From: an uncultured Chloroflexia bacterium
GTDB lineage: Bacteria; Chloroflexota; Limnocylindria; Limnocylindrales; CSP1-4
Length of the DNA stretch: 64,000 bases
Assembly (NCBI GenBank): GCA_963807035.1
Contig: CAWEAL010000003.1
Location: 96,869 to 160,868 of the forward strand
Direction: 5' to 3'
Shown: positions 27,894 through 37,624 of the stretch, piece by piece
How the letters are laid out: every line of letters starts with the position of its first letter
Position numbering within the stretch: the first letter of the stretch is position 1
Made by a program: the position numbers and the translations under genes
Notes under the pieces: model-generated
What the model was told of the DNA's origin: nothing
What the model saw: only the letters and a program-made list of their open reading frames with translations
Databases searched by the model: none

Positions 27894-30673
27894 TCCCGGA
27901 CTGCCGCTGCGAGCTGCGCCTGCCGCTCGAGCAGCGTAGAGAGTAACGTCGCGCTGCTGGTCACGGCCAGGACGACGAGTCCGACGAGGATGAGCCGGCC
28001 GACGTCGGGCGGCGCGGACTCGAGCCCGGCCACGCCAAGGACGGCGGGCAGGCCGAGGCCCGGACCGACGAATTCGATCAGGCCGAGGCCGAGGCCGAGC
28101 CCGGCCAGGACGCCCACGAGGACTGCCGGCGCGAACTCGACCAGGACGAGGCCGATCGCCTGCCGGCCCGACAGGCCGAGGATCTCGAGCCGAGCGGTCT
28201 CGCCCCGGCGGCCTGCCGTGTCGAGGGCGATCGCCAGCACGATCGTCAACAGTCCGTAGGCGAGCACCGCGATCGTCGCGCTCAGGATGCCGAGCGCGAC
28301 GGCCGTGACGGCCGGTGCCGTTCGCAGGGCGGCGGCGCTGTCGGCCTGGCCCTGCACCGTGACCCCGATCAGGTCGGCCGTGGCCGCCCTGATGTCGGCC
28401 ACCGAGAGGCTTGGCGCCCGGATCAGGAGGGTGCTCGGGAGCGGCGTGCCGGCCCCCGACACGGCGCCGAGCTGCCGGCTGGAGACGACCACGAACGCCT
28501 GGTCGGGAGCGACTCCGGGGTACGCGTCGCGGACGGCGACCGCGACGAGCGGGACTGCGACGCCGGCGATCCGGACGCTGAACGACTGACCGACGACGAT
28601 CCCTCCGGGGCCGGCCGCGCTCGACACGATCGCCGGGATTCGACCGCCGGCCGGTTCCAGCAGCGAGGCCGGCAGGTCCGGGTCGGCCGGCGTTCCACCC
28701 GCAACGGCGGTCGCCCCGGCTGGGTCGACCGCGATGAGCTCGCGGGTGCCGCCGACGCTGAGTGCGACGCTCTCGGTGGAGACGGCCGTCTCCGCCTCGA
28801 CGCCGCCGAGTTTCTTGGCCTCAAACAGGGCGAGGTAGTCGGGCGTGCCACTGACCCGGAAGTCCGCCCCGACCGCCTGCCACGAGGCCGACCGGGCGCC
28901 GGCGTCGATCTCGCCCAGCAGGACCGATGCGAACGCCCCGACCGTTGTCGCGGTGAGGGTCACGACGAGGACCGCCGCCACCGCCCCGTCACGGGCGGCA
29001 CGCCGGAGTCCGAGAACGACGACCAGTCCGCGTCGCCGGGCGAAGGCCCGGGCGAACAGTCCGAGGGCGAGTGGCAGCAGGCGAACCGCGATGATCCCCG
29101 CCGCCAGCCCGACCAGGGCCGGTGCCGCGGCCAGGAACGGGTCGGCGCCCGCGACCGCCGATCCGCCGCCGGGACTCGACGCGGTCGCCGCGGCGGCCGG
29201 GGCGCGCCCGCGCAGGAGGGCCGCGCCGACGACGGCCAGCCCCACGATCAGCGCCTCGACCACCAGCCGGCCCGAACCCGCTCGGCGCGACCCGCGTGCC
29301 GGGGTGGAGTCGCCGCCGGGGCCCGCGCCGATCCGAAGGCTCGCCGCAGCGACGAGGCCGAAGGCGACGATCGCGACGCCGCCGGCGACGGCCAGGGTCG
29401 GCCCGGGGTCGAGGACCGGGATCAGGGCGACCGCCAGGGCCGTGCCGATAATCGCCGCCGGGAGCACGAGGACCACGGCCTCGCCCAGGACGGCGATCGC
29501 AACCTGGACCGCCGAAGCTCCACGTCTCCGCACGACCGCCAGCGTCGCCCGCCGTCGACGCCCGACCACCTCGGCCACAAGGGCCAGGCTTGCCACGATC
29601 ACCAGGCCCGCCCCCGTCCACAGGATCGTCAGGATCGTCGCCCCGGACTGCCAGCGCGCCTGGTGGGCTTCGAGGAGCCGGAGGAGGCCGGTCTGGAGCG
29701 AGGCCGGGCTCATCCCGCTCGGCCCGCTGAAGTTGCCGTTGGCGGCGAGGGCCGGGTTGGCCGGCGGGTAGATCGTCTCGGCCCGCCGGAGGGCGTCCGA
29801 GAGCGGGTCGACCGCGGCCGACTGAACCGCGGACGGATCGACGTATGACCGCCAGCGGTAGGTCATCGGCAGGCGGGCGCCGGCGGTCGCGTCCATCAGG
29901 GCGGGGTAGGCCTCCGGGGCGAGGAGCATCGTCGCGCCGACGTACTCGACGAACAGCTGGAGGGCGTACGTGTAGGTGTGGGCGACGCTCGCGTCGTCCA
30001 GCCAGTACGGGTCGCTCGGATCGGTCACGTTGAACGTCCCGACCAGGTCGACGGCCAGCCGGATACCCCGATGGGCCGCCAGCGGGTCGCTCGGCTCCGG
30101 CTCGAGGATCAATCGTCCCCCGAGCGACACGCCCAGCTTGGCAGCCGTCTGGCTCGACGCTGCGACCTCGAAGACGACGAGCACGCTGTCCTTCGCCGCA
30201 CCTGGGGTCGGGTCGGGAATCGTCCTTGTGGCTCCGGTCGGCAAGCGGCCGGAGGTGAGCGTGAGGTGGGCCTCGACATCCTGCTGGATCCGCAGGTTCA
30301 GTACGCTGTCCAGGGGAGTGCCCGCGCTCGGGTGCCAGAGCGGCGTGTCGACCACGACGCTGCCGGCCGACACGACTCCGGGGATCGGGCCCGGGTAGCG
30401 GCCCTCGAGGGTGGACCCGGCCGCCTCGACGAGGTGGAGCGGGTCGGACGGATCGGCCTGGATCCGGCCGGACTGGACGAGCTCGATATCGCGCTCCGGC
30501 GGGGTGGCGGCCGCGATCTCGCCGTGGAGCGCGTCGTCGGAGGCCCGTCCGAGGACCCGCGGTACCGAGGCGGCGAGCAGGACGGTCCCGAGGACCAGGG
30601 CGCCCACCCCGACGCCGCGCAGCAGCTCGGAGCGCAGGGCCCGCAACCACAGGACGAGCCATCCGCCGCTCAC
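27890..30673 (-). CDS. ABC transporter permease with duplicated FtsX-like (MacB-type) 4-TM modules and large extracytoplasmic domains (927 aa)
   Basis: The 927-aa ORF has two blocks of four TM helices with long periplasmic inserts. Its start overlaps the stop of the upstream permease. Confidence 0.85.
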   Translation of the reverse strand: MSGGWLVLWLRALRSELLRGVGVGALVLGTVLLAASVPRVLGRASDDALHGEIAAATPPERDIELVQSGRIQADPSDPLHLVEAAGSTLEGRYPGPIPGVVSAGSVVVDTPLWHPSAGTPLDSVLNLRIQQDVEAHLTLTSGRLPTGATRTIPDPTPGAAKDSVLVVFEVAASSQTAAKLGVSLGGRLILEPEPSDPLAAHRGIRLAVDLVGTFNVTDPSDPYWLDDASVAHTYTYALQLFVEYVGATMLLAPEAYPALMDATAGARLPMTYRWRSYVDPSAVQSAAVDPLSDALRRAETIYPPANPALAANGNFSGPSGMSPASLQTGLLRLLEAHQARWQSGATILTILWTGAGLVIVASLALVAEVVGRRRRATLAVVRRRGASAVQVAIAVLGEAVVLVLPAAIIGTALAVALIPVLDPGPTLAVAGGVAIVAFGLVAAASLRIGAGPGGDSTPARGSRRAGSGRLVVEALIVGLAVVGAALLRGRAPAAAATASSPGGGSAVAGADPFLAAAPALVGLAAGIIAVRLLPLALGLFARAFARRRGLVVVLGLRRAARDGAVAAVLVVTLTATTVGAFASVLLGEIDAGARSASWQAVGADFRVSGTPDYLALFEAKKLGGVEAETAVSTESVALSVGGTRELIAVDPAGATAVAGGTPADPDLPASLLEPAGGRIPAIVSSAAGPGGIVVGQSFSVRIAGVAVPLVAVAVRDAYPGVAPDQAFVVVSSRQLGAVSGAGTPLPSTLLIRAPSLSVADIRAATADLIGVTVQGQADSAAALRTAPAVTAVALGILSATIAVLAYGLLTIVLAIALDTAGRRGETARLEILGLSGRQAIGLVLVEFAPAVLVGVLAGLGLGLGLIEFVGPGLGLPAVLGVAGLESAPPDVGRLILVGLVVLAVTSSATLLSTLLERQAQLAAAVRE

Positions 30674-33600
30674 TCGACCACCGCCCGCAGGATCGCCGCG
30701 ACCGAGATCCGGCCGAGTACGCGCCGGGCCACGATCAGGGTGGCTGAAAGCAGGCCGACGCTGCCGATCACCATCGCGGCCACGGCCTGCCAGGGGACGA
30801 CCAGCTCGGCGTCCGGCACGGGCCGCGCTCCAGTCGGCGTGAAGTTCGCCGCGGGCAGGACGATCCAGCCGAAGGCCACCCCGAGGCCGATCCCGACGGC
30901 CACGCCGGTCGCCAGCAGGAGCGCCTGCTCTGCCGCCAGCCAGCGGGTCAGCTGGCCGTCGGTCAGTCCGAGCGCACGCAGCAGGCCGAACTCATCCGCC
31001 CGCGACTCGATCGAGGCCGACGCGCTGACGAGGAAGCCGAGGGCGGCGAAGATCACCGCGGAGATCGCCCCGAGGAGGAGAGCCCCGACGACGCCCAGGG
31101 CGACCGGGTCGCTCATCAGGGCGACCTGGATCGCTTCCCGCGAGAAGGTCGTCGTTGCCGATACCGGCGGGGCCGCGAGCTGTCGAGCGACCGACGACGA
31201 CCGGCCCGGTTGCACGGTCAGCCACCATTCCGTGACCGGAACCGTGACCCCATCCTCGAAATACTGGGCAAGGCTGAGCGTCGGCCCGTCCATCACCAGG
31301 AACGGCCTGACCGGATCGAGCGGCGGGACGAGGGCTGCCTCGGCAGCGATCCGGACCTCGACCGGGTTACCAGCCACGGAGCCGCTGAACGTGTCGCCGA
31401 CATGCTGGCCCGTGGCGGCCAGGTAGCTCGAGCTGGCGATCGCGCCAACGGTCATCTCGCTCGGCCCGGCGGCCGAGGTCCGGAACAACGTCGGACTGTT
31501 GTCGAACGAGCCATAGATCGCGTCGCTGGTCTCTGTTCCGACGGCAATCCGGCTCGGCCGGCCGGCCGGTGGCAGGTACGGGATCGGCCCCGGTGTCGCC
31601 TGGCTCGGACCGCCGATCGTGTTCGCGGGATCAACGCGCTGCCATGCCCAGCCGGGCTGGAGCGGGTCGAACGGCACCGTCGACCACGTGTCGCCGCTGG
31701 CAGCGTCGCTCGCCTCGAGCGCCCTGAGGTCGAGGGTGCCGGTCGTGATCGTGACGTTCAGGGAGGGGAGTGCGCTGATCTCGAGCGCCTCGAGGCGGAT
31801 TGGGGCGGCCAGGCTGAGGTCACCGCCGGCCACGCCGGTGGAGCCGCCGCCCGACCCGGCGATCAGGCCGCTCGCATCGAGCGGGATGACGATCTGCTCG
31901 CCACGGCCGAGAAAGGGCGCTCCGCCCGTGCTGCCGAACACCCAGGTCTCGCCGTCGCCATCGATGATCACGACGGCCACGGTGATGCCGGTCGGGGAAT
32001 CGACAGGCACGCCGGCCGGGCCGCCGATGGCGGCCGTGGTCAACGTCTGCAGGTTGGCGTCCATCGTCACCGCCAGCCGACGTGGGGTGCCGGGCAGGGT
32101 CATCGCCGCGGCGGTCGGCCGGTCGGCGGCCAGCCCGCGGAGCGCCCCGGCGAGAGGTCCGGCTGGGCCTCCCGGCAGGCTGACGCCTTCCGGCGTGCGG
32201 AGGGCGTCGACGCCCATGACGTCGGCGCTGCGGAGGCTGCCGCCAACGTCGATCGTGGTCCGGGTCACCGGTATCGCCGCGGTCACGCCGTCCATCGCCC
32301 GGTAGGTCGAGCCGAGGAACGCAGCCGGAACCTTGGAGTAGGCCGGCGTGACGACCCGGATGTCGGCGGCCGCCTGGTAGGCGGCCTGGTCCTCCTGTGA
32401 GCGAACCCAGGTGGCGTCGTACACGATGGCGAAGGTCGTCAGCCCGGCGGCCAGCATCACCAGCAGGCTGGATCGAATCGAGCGGAGGGGGCGCCGGGCG
32501 AGGTCGTGCGCACCGAGCTGGGGCACGACGTTTGGCCGGTCGACCAGGACCCGCTCCGCCAGCCGTGCGAGACGGGGGAGCGCCCGGGTCGCCAGGAGCG
32601 AGCAGGCGGCCAGCCCGACCGCCGGCCCGGCCACGAGCAGCGGGTCGATGCCGAGCTCGCCGCTGCCGCTCCGGATCACCGGCGAGCCGTACAGGCGGAG
32701 TTGCCACAGGGCGAGCGCCGCAACGAGCAGCAGGGCAAGGTCGATCCCGAAGCGCTGGGCCGAGACCCGGGTGCCCTCCCGGCCGAGCGCGAGTCGAATC
32801 GTCCTGATCCGGCCGCCGGCGGGCACCGCCGGTGCGATCAGGGCCGCCACCGCGGCCAGGCCGGCCAGGAGCGCGGCGAGGACCGCCGGGCCCGAGATGG
32901 CCAGCGGCAGGTCGACGCCGGCGCGGGCCAGCGGCCCGCCGGTCGCCAGCAGGTGGACGGCCAGGGCCGCCACGGGCGGCGCGATGACCGCCGCCGGGAT
33001 CGTGACCAGGAGGGCTTCGGCGGCCGTCACGGCCAGGATCTGCCGGCGGGTCGCCCCGCGCGATTCGAGGATCCGGTTCTCCCGCCGCCGCCGTTCCGAT
33101 AGCAGGGCCGCCACGAGGATCACGGCGAATGCGGCCAGGACGACGAACTGGATGATCAGCAGGGCGACGCCCCCCTGGGCGAGCCCGAGCGACTGTTGGA
33201 CGCCGGCCAGGACGGGCGCCAGGCCGGTGCTCACGCTGATCGGCTGGCGCGCCGGCAGGGCTGCCGCCAGCGTGGGGGCCAGTGCGGTGAGGGCCTGCTG
33301 GAGGGGCGAAAGGTCGGCCGGCACGATCCGGTTGACCGCCACGCCGGCTCGCCAGGTCAGGACGAGGTGCTTGACCAGGCCGCGCGACAGGAGGTCGTCG
33401 GGCGCGACCATGAACGGGCCGCGGTAGGCGAGCGAGCCCTGGTCGACGATTCCGTCCAGGTCGAGCGCGTCGCCCAGCCAGTACGGATCGTCCGCATCGG
33501 CCGTCCAGGTCCCGGTCACGACGACGGTCAGGAGCGGGCTGCCGGCGTTGCCCGGCACGGACGCGTCGACCAGGGCGAGCCGATCGCCGACCGCCAGTCC

Positions 33601-34113
33601 CAGTGCCCGGGCCGCTCCGGTCGAGAGGCTCGCCTGGACCGGGTCCTGGCCGGCGATCGGCCAGCTGCCGCTGGTCAGGCTGGCGTGGTCCTCGATGCCG
33701 GCATCGGCCCCGAGGTAGGTCAGGTGGAGGGCGGCCTGGTCGCTCGGCATCCCGAACGGGGCGAGCGAGGTGGATCGGGCGGCAAGGACGACCGGAGCGA
33801 CCGGCCCGAGGAGCCGCGCCATCGTCCCGGACACCGCGGCATCGAACCCGGCCTCCTGGTCCGAGCTCCCCGTGGTCTGCACCGAGACGCCCCGATCGGC
33901 GGGTCCAGCATCGAGGATCGCCCGCCGGAGACCCCCGGTCGCGACCGCGTCGCTGTACTGGAACGCCCCGGCAACGAGGGTCGTGGCCGCGCTCAGGACG
34001 AGCCAGACCGCGAACAGGAACGGCAGGTCTGCCCGGACCCGCCGCGCCGCCAGCCGGCCCAGGCCAACGCTCGCCCCAACCGCCGCCAGTGACATCGGGC
34101 GAGACCGTATCAC
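30670..34113 (-). CDS. ABC transporter permease with duplicated FtsX-like modules and very large extracytoplasmic domains (1147 aa)
   Basis: 1147-aa ORF with the same architecture as the neighbour, which it does not resemble in primary sequence. Confidence 0.85.
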   Translation of the reverse strand: MIRSRPMSLAAVGASVGLGRLAARRVRADLPFLFAVWLVLSAATTLVAGAFQYSDAVATGGLRRAILDAGPADRGVSVQTTGSSDQEAGFDAAVSGTMARLLGPVAPVVLAARSTSLAPFGMPSDQAALHLTYLGADAGIEDHASLTSGSWPIAGQDPVQASLSTGAARALGLAVGDRLALVDASVPGNAGSPLLTVVVTGTWTADADDPYWLGDALDLDGIVDQGSLAYRGPFMVAPDDLLSRGLVKHLVLTWRAGVAVNRIVPADLSPLQQALTALAPTLAAALPARQPISVSTGLAPVLAGVQQSLGLAQGGVALLIIQFVVLAAFAVILVAALLSERRRRENRILESRGATRRQILAVTAAEALLVTIPAAVIAPPVAALAVHLLATGGPLARAGVDLPLAISGPAVLAALLAGLAAVAALIAPAVPAGGRIRTIRLALGREGTRVSAQRFGIDLALLLVAALALWQLRLYGSPVIRSGSGELGIDPLLVAGPAVGLAACSLLATRALPRLARLAERVLVDRPNVVPQLGAHDLARRPLRSIRSSLLVMLAAGLTTFAIVYDATWVRSQEDQAAYQAAADIRVVTPAYSKVPAAFLGSTYRAMDGVTAAIPVTRTTIDVGGSLRSADVMGVDALRTPEGVSLPGGPAGPLAGALRGLAADRPTAAAMTLPGTPRRLAVTMDANLQTLTTAAIGGPAGVPVDSPTGITVAVVIIDGDGETWVFGSTGGAPFLGRGEQIVIPLDASGLIAGSGGGSTGVAGGDLSLAAPIRLEALEISALPSLNVTITTGTLDLRALEASDAASGDTWSTVPFDPLQPGWAWQRVDPANTIGGPSQATPGPIPYLPPAGRPSRIAVGTETSDAIYGSFDNSPTLFRTSAAGPSEMTVGAIASSSYLAATGQHVGDTFSGSVAGNPVEVRIAAEAALVPPLDPVRPFLVMDGPTLSLAQYFEDGVTVPVTEWWLTVQPGRSSSVARQLAAPPVSATTTFSREAIQVALMSDPVALGVVGALLLGAISAVIFAALGFLVSASASIESRADEFGLLRALGLTDGQLTRWLAAEQALLLATGVAVGIGLGVAFGWIVLPAANFTPTGARPVPDAELVVPWQAVAAMVIGSVGLLSATLIVARRVLGRISVAAILRAVVE

Positions 34114-34162
34114 GCCCGCCCGAGCGCTCTCGCCGCGGTTCCGAACGGAGAGGCGGTCGAGC

Positions 34163-34363
34163 TCAGGCGGCGTTCACCGTGAGGGCCGCCAGCACGACGC
34201 CCCCGGCTGCCAGGACCAGCCCGGCGACGATCATGAGCCGAAGGCTGCGGGGATCGTCGGGCAGGTTCCGGAGGCGCCGGGTGGCACTCCACAGGAGGCC
34301 GATCAGCAGGATCGTCAGGCCGACGACGATCAGGGCGTACCCTGTGGCAAGGCCGAGGTTCAA
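34163..34363 (-). CDS. small 2-TM membrane protein, first gene of the ABC operon
   Basis: 66 aa: two hydrophobic helices separated by RRLRNLPDDPRS. Confidence 0.4.
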   Translation of the reverse strand: MNLGLATGYALIVVGLTILLIGLLWSATRRLRNLPDDPRSLRLMIVAGLVLAAGGVVLAALTVNAA

Positions 34364-34484
34364 CGGGGCGAGTTGCAGCCTGGGCCTCCCTCTCCGGACC
34401 GGCTGGCGCGGAAGCGGCCGTCCGGTCAGTTGATGATCGCAAATCCGATGGGTGGCTGCGCCCGAATAGGACTCAACGGCTACT

Positions 34485-37400
34485 GTGCGCGTCGCCGCCG
34501 ATCTGCGATCCTTGCAGCGTCGTCCAGATCAGACGTGGAGTCGCCTCTCCGTGCCAACCCGCCCGGCCGTCCGAATCGCCTCTGTGGCGCGTGGCCGTGC
34601 GCTGGCGGCTGCGATCGCCCAGGCCGCTCTCCTGGTCGTGCTGGCCGGATCATGGCCAACGGCGGTCGCCGCGGTGAGCAGCTCGGACGCTGCCAGGGCG
34701 CCGGCCGGGCCTTCGTCCGGCGCGCCCGCCGCAGCGCCATCCGCACCGTCCAGTCGGGCCCTCTGCCCGCCGCCCGCGCCCGGCTACATGGCCTGCCTCA
34801 CCCTCGTCCCGACGGGAATGACGCCCCTGGCGCGGTCGGCCGTCGGACCGGATTCCGCGCCGGGCGGGTACGGGCCGAGTGACCTCCTGTCGGCCTACCA
34901 GCTGCCTGACGCCGCCTCGGGCGCCGGAACCGGGATGCTCGTTGCGATCGTCGACGCCTTCGACCTGCCCACAGCCGAGTCCGACCTGGCGACCTATCGC
35001 AGCCAGTTCGGGCTCAGCCCGTGCACGACCGCCAACGGCTGCTTCTCGAAGGTCGACGAGAACGGTGGCACGAGCTACCCGGCTGCCGATGCCAACTGGG
35101 GCGGCGAGATCGCCCTGGACATCGAGATGGTCTCGGCGATCTGCCCGAACTGCCACATCCTCCTCGTCGAGGCGAGCTCCGCGTTGGGCACCGACCTGTT
35201 CACGGCGGTCGATACCGCGGTGAGCCTGGGGGCCGAGGTCGTCTCGAACAGCTATGGCGGCTCGGAGTTCCCTGGTGAGTCGTCCTACGACAGCTACTTC
35301 CAGCACCCCGGCGTCGCGATCACCGTCAGCAGCGGCGACGATGGCTACGGGGTCCAGTACCCCGCTGCGTCGCGCTATGTGACGTCGGTCGGCGGCACGA
35401 GCCTCGCCCGCGCCGCGAATGGCCGCGGCTGGTCCGAGACCGCCTGGGGCTCGACCTCCGACGGAACCGGCAGCGGCCCCGGCAGCGGTTGCTCCCAGTA
35501 CGAGACGAAGCCCAGCTGGCAGCACGACTCGTCCTGTGCGAAGCGGACCGTCGCCGACGTCTCCGCCGTGGCGGATCCGTCGACTGGCGTGGCGGTCTAC
35601 TCGACGCCATCGGGCGGCTGGGTGCGATTCGGCGGGACGAGCGTCGCCGCGCCGATCATCGGTGGCGTCTACGCGCTGGCCGGCACGCCCGCTGCGGGCA
35701 GCTATCCGGCGAGCCTTCCGTACGCTCGAACGGCCAGCTCAACGACGTCACGAGCGGGGCGAACGGTACTTGCGGCGGCAGCTACCTGTGCACCGCGAAG
35801 ACCGGCTACGACGGCCCGACCGGCCTCGGCACCCCGATCGGGACCGGGGCGTTCGCCACGGGCTCGATGCCCAGCGCCCCGACGAGGGTCACCGCTACGG
35901 CCGGTAATACGTCTGCCGCGGTCAGCTGGCATGCGGCGGCCGACAACGGGCATCCGGTCACCGGCTACACCGTGACCTCCGCCCCGGCCGGCAAGACCTG
36001 CACCACGACCGGGGCCCTGAGCTGCACGGTGAACGGCCTCGTCAACGGCACTTCGTACACGTTCACGGTGACCGCCACGAACTCGGCCGGAACGGGGCCC
36101 GCCTCGGCGGTCTCGAATGCCGTCATCCCGGCCACCGTGCCGGGCGCACCGACCGGGGTTTCGGCAACGCCGGCCGACGGTTCGGCCCTGGTCAGCTGGG
36201 CCGCGCCTGCGTCGGATGGCGGCCGGGCGATCACCAAGTACACGGTGACTTCGTCGCCGGATGGCCGGACGTGCACCACCGCCGGGACCCTGAGCTGCTC
36301 GGTCATGCTCCTGACGAACGGCACGCCCTATGCGTTCACCGTCACGGCGACCAATGCGGTCGGCACCGGTGTGCCGTCCGTCGCCTCCGCCAGCGTCACT
36401 CCGGTCACCGTCCCGGGCGCGACCTATGTCGTCGTCACGCCGAACCGGATCGTCGATACCCGGGTGCCGCTGGGCCTGCCCGGCAAGCTCGTGGCGAACC
36501 ACTATCAGACCTTCACCGTGACCGGCATCCCGGCCGACGCGGTCGCCGTCACCGGCAACCTGACCGTCACCGGCCAGACCGCGGCCGGCTACCTCAGCCT
36601 GACCACGGTCGGGACCAACACGCCGGCGACCTCGACCCTGAACTTCCCGGTCGGTGACAACCGGGCGAACGGCGTCACCACCCCGCTCGGTGCCGGTGGA
36701 ACGCTGAGCGTCACGTACGTCGCGACGGCCGGCAATACCGCCCAGGCGATCTTCGACGTGACCGGCTACTTCCTGCCCGACTCGACCGGCGCGACCTATG
36801 TCGTCGTCACGCCGAACCGGATCGTCGATACCCGGGTGCCGCTGGGCCTGCCCGGCAAGCTCGTGGCGAACCACTATCAGACCTTCACCGTGACCGGCAT
36901 CCCGGCCGACGCGGTCGCCGTCACCGGCAACCTGACCGTCACCGGCCAGACCGCGGCCGGCTACCTCAGCCTGACCACGGTCGGGACCAACACGCCGGCG
37001 ACCTCGACCCTGAACTTCCCGGTCGGTGACAACCGGGCGAACGGCGTCACCACCCCGCTCGGTGCCGGTGGAACGCTGAGCGTCACGTACGTCGCGACGG
37101 CCGGCAATACCGCCCAGGCGATCTTCGACGTGACCGGCTACTTCCTGCCCGACTCGACCGGCGCGACCTATGTCGTCGTCACGCCGAACCGGATCGTCGA
37201 TACCCGGGTGCCGCTGGGCCTGCCCGGCAAGCTCGTGGCGAACACCGCCCAATCGTTTGCCGTCGCGAACGAGGCGATGACGCCCGACCTGAACGTCCCG
37301 GCCGACGCGGTCGCCGTCACCGGCAACCTGACCGTCACCGGCCAGACCGCGGCCGGCTACCTCAGCCTGACCACGGTCGGGACCAACACGCCGGCGACCT

Positions 37401-37549
37401 CGACCCTGAACTTCCCGGTCGGTGACAACCGGGCGAACGGCGTCACCACCCCGCTCGGTGCCGGTGGAACGCTGAGCGTCACGTACGTCGCGACGGCCGG
37501 CAATACCGCCCAGGCGATCTTCGACGTGACCGGCTACTTCGTACCCTAG
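34485..37549 (+). CDS. secreted S53/S8-type (sedolisin-like) serine peptidase with 2 fibronectin-III domains and 3 tandem C-terminal 124-aa repeat domains; one frameshift near 35731
   Basis: Peptidase motifs: VAIVDAFDLPTAESDL, SSGDDG, GGTSVAAPIIGG, ..NDVTSGANG..GYDGPTGLGTP. The FN3-like modules show the TGYTVTS...SYTFTVTATN pattern. The reading frame switches between ORFs 34485..35975 and 35489..37549 at about 35731 (a 1-nt deletion). Confidence 0.75.
36419..37549 (+). repeat. in-frame tandem triplication of a 372-bp unit (copies 1 and 2 identical, copy 3 with a 24-bp substitution)
   Basis: Direct sequence comparison of 36419..36790, 36791..37162 and 37163..37549. Confidence 0.9.
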
Positions 37550-37624
37550 ATCGCCTACGATCGTCGGGTGCCAGCCCGACCAGGAGCTCGACTCCCGTCC
37601 GTGCAGGCGTCGCGCCGGCCCGGC

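Noticed and set aside
28989-30662. 557-aa minus-strand alternative-frame ORF inside the 927-aa permease
   Set aside because: Same strand but wrong frame. Arg/Pro-rich with no TM helices.
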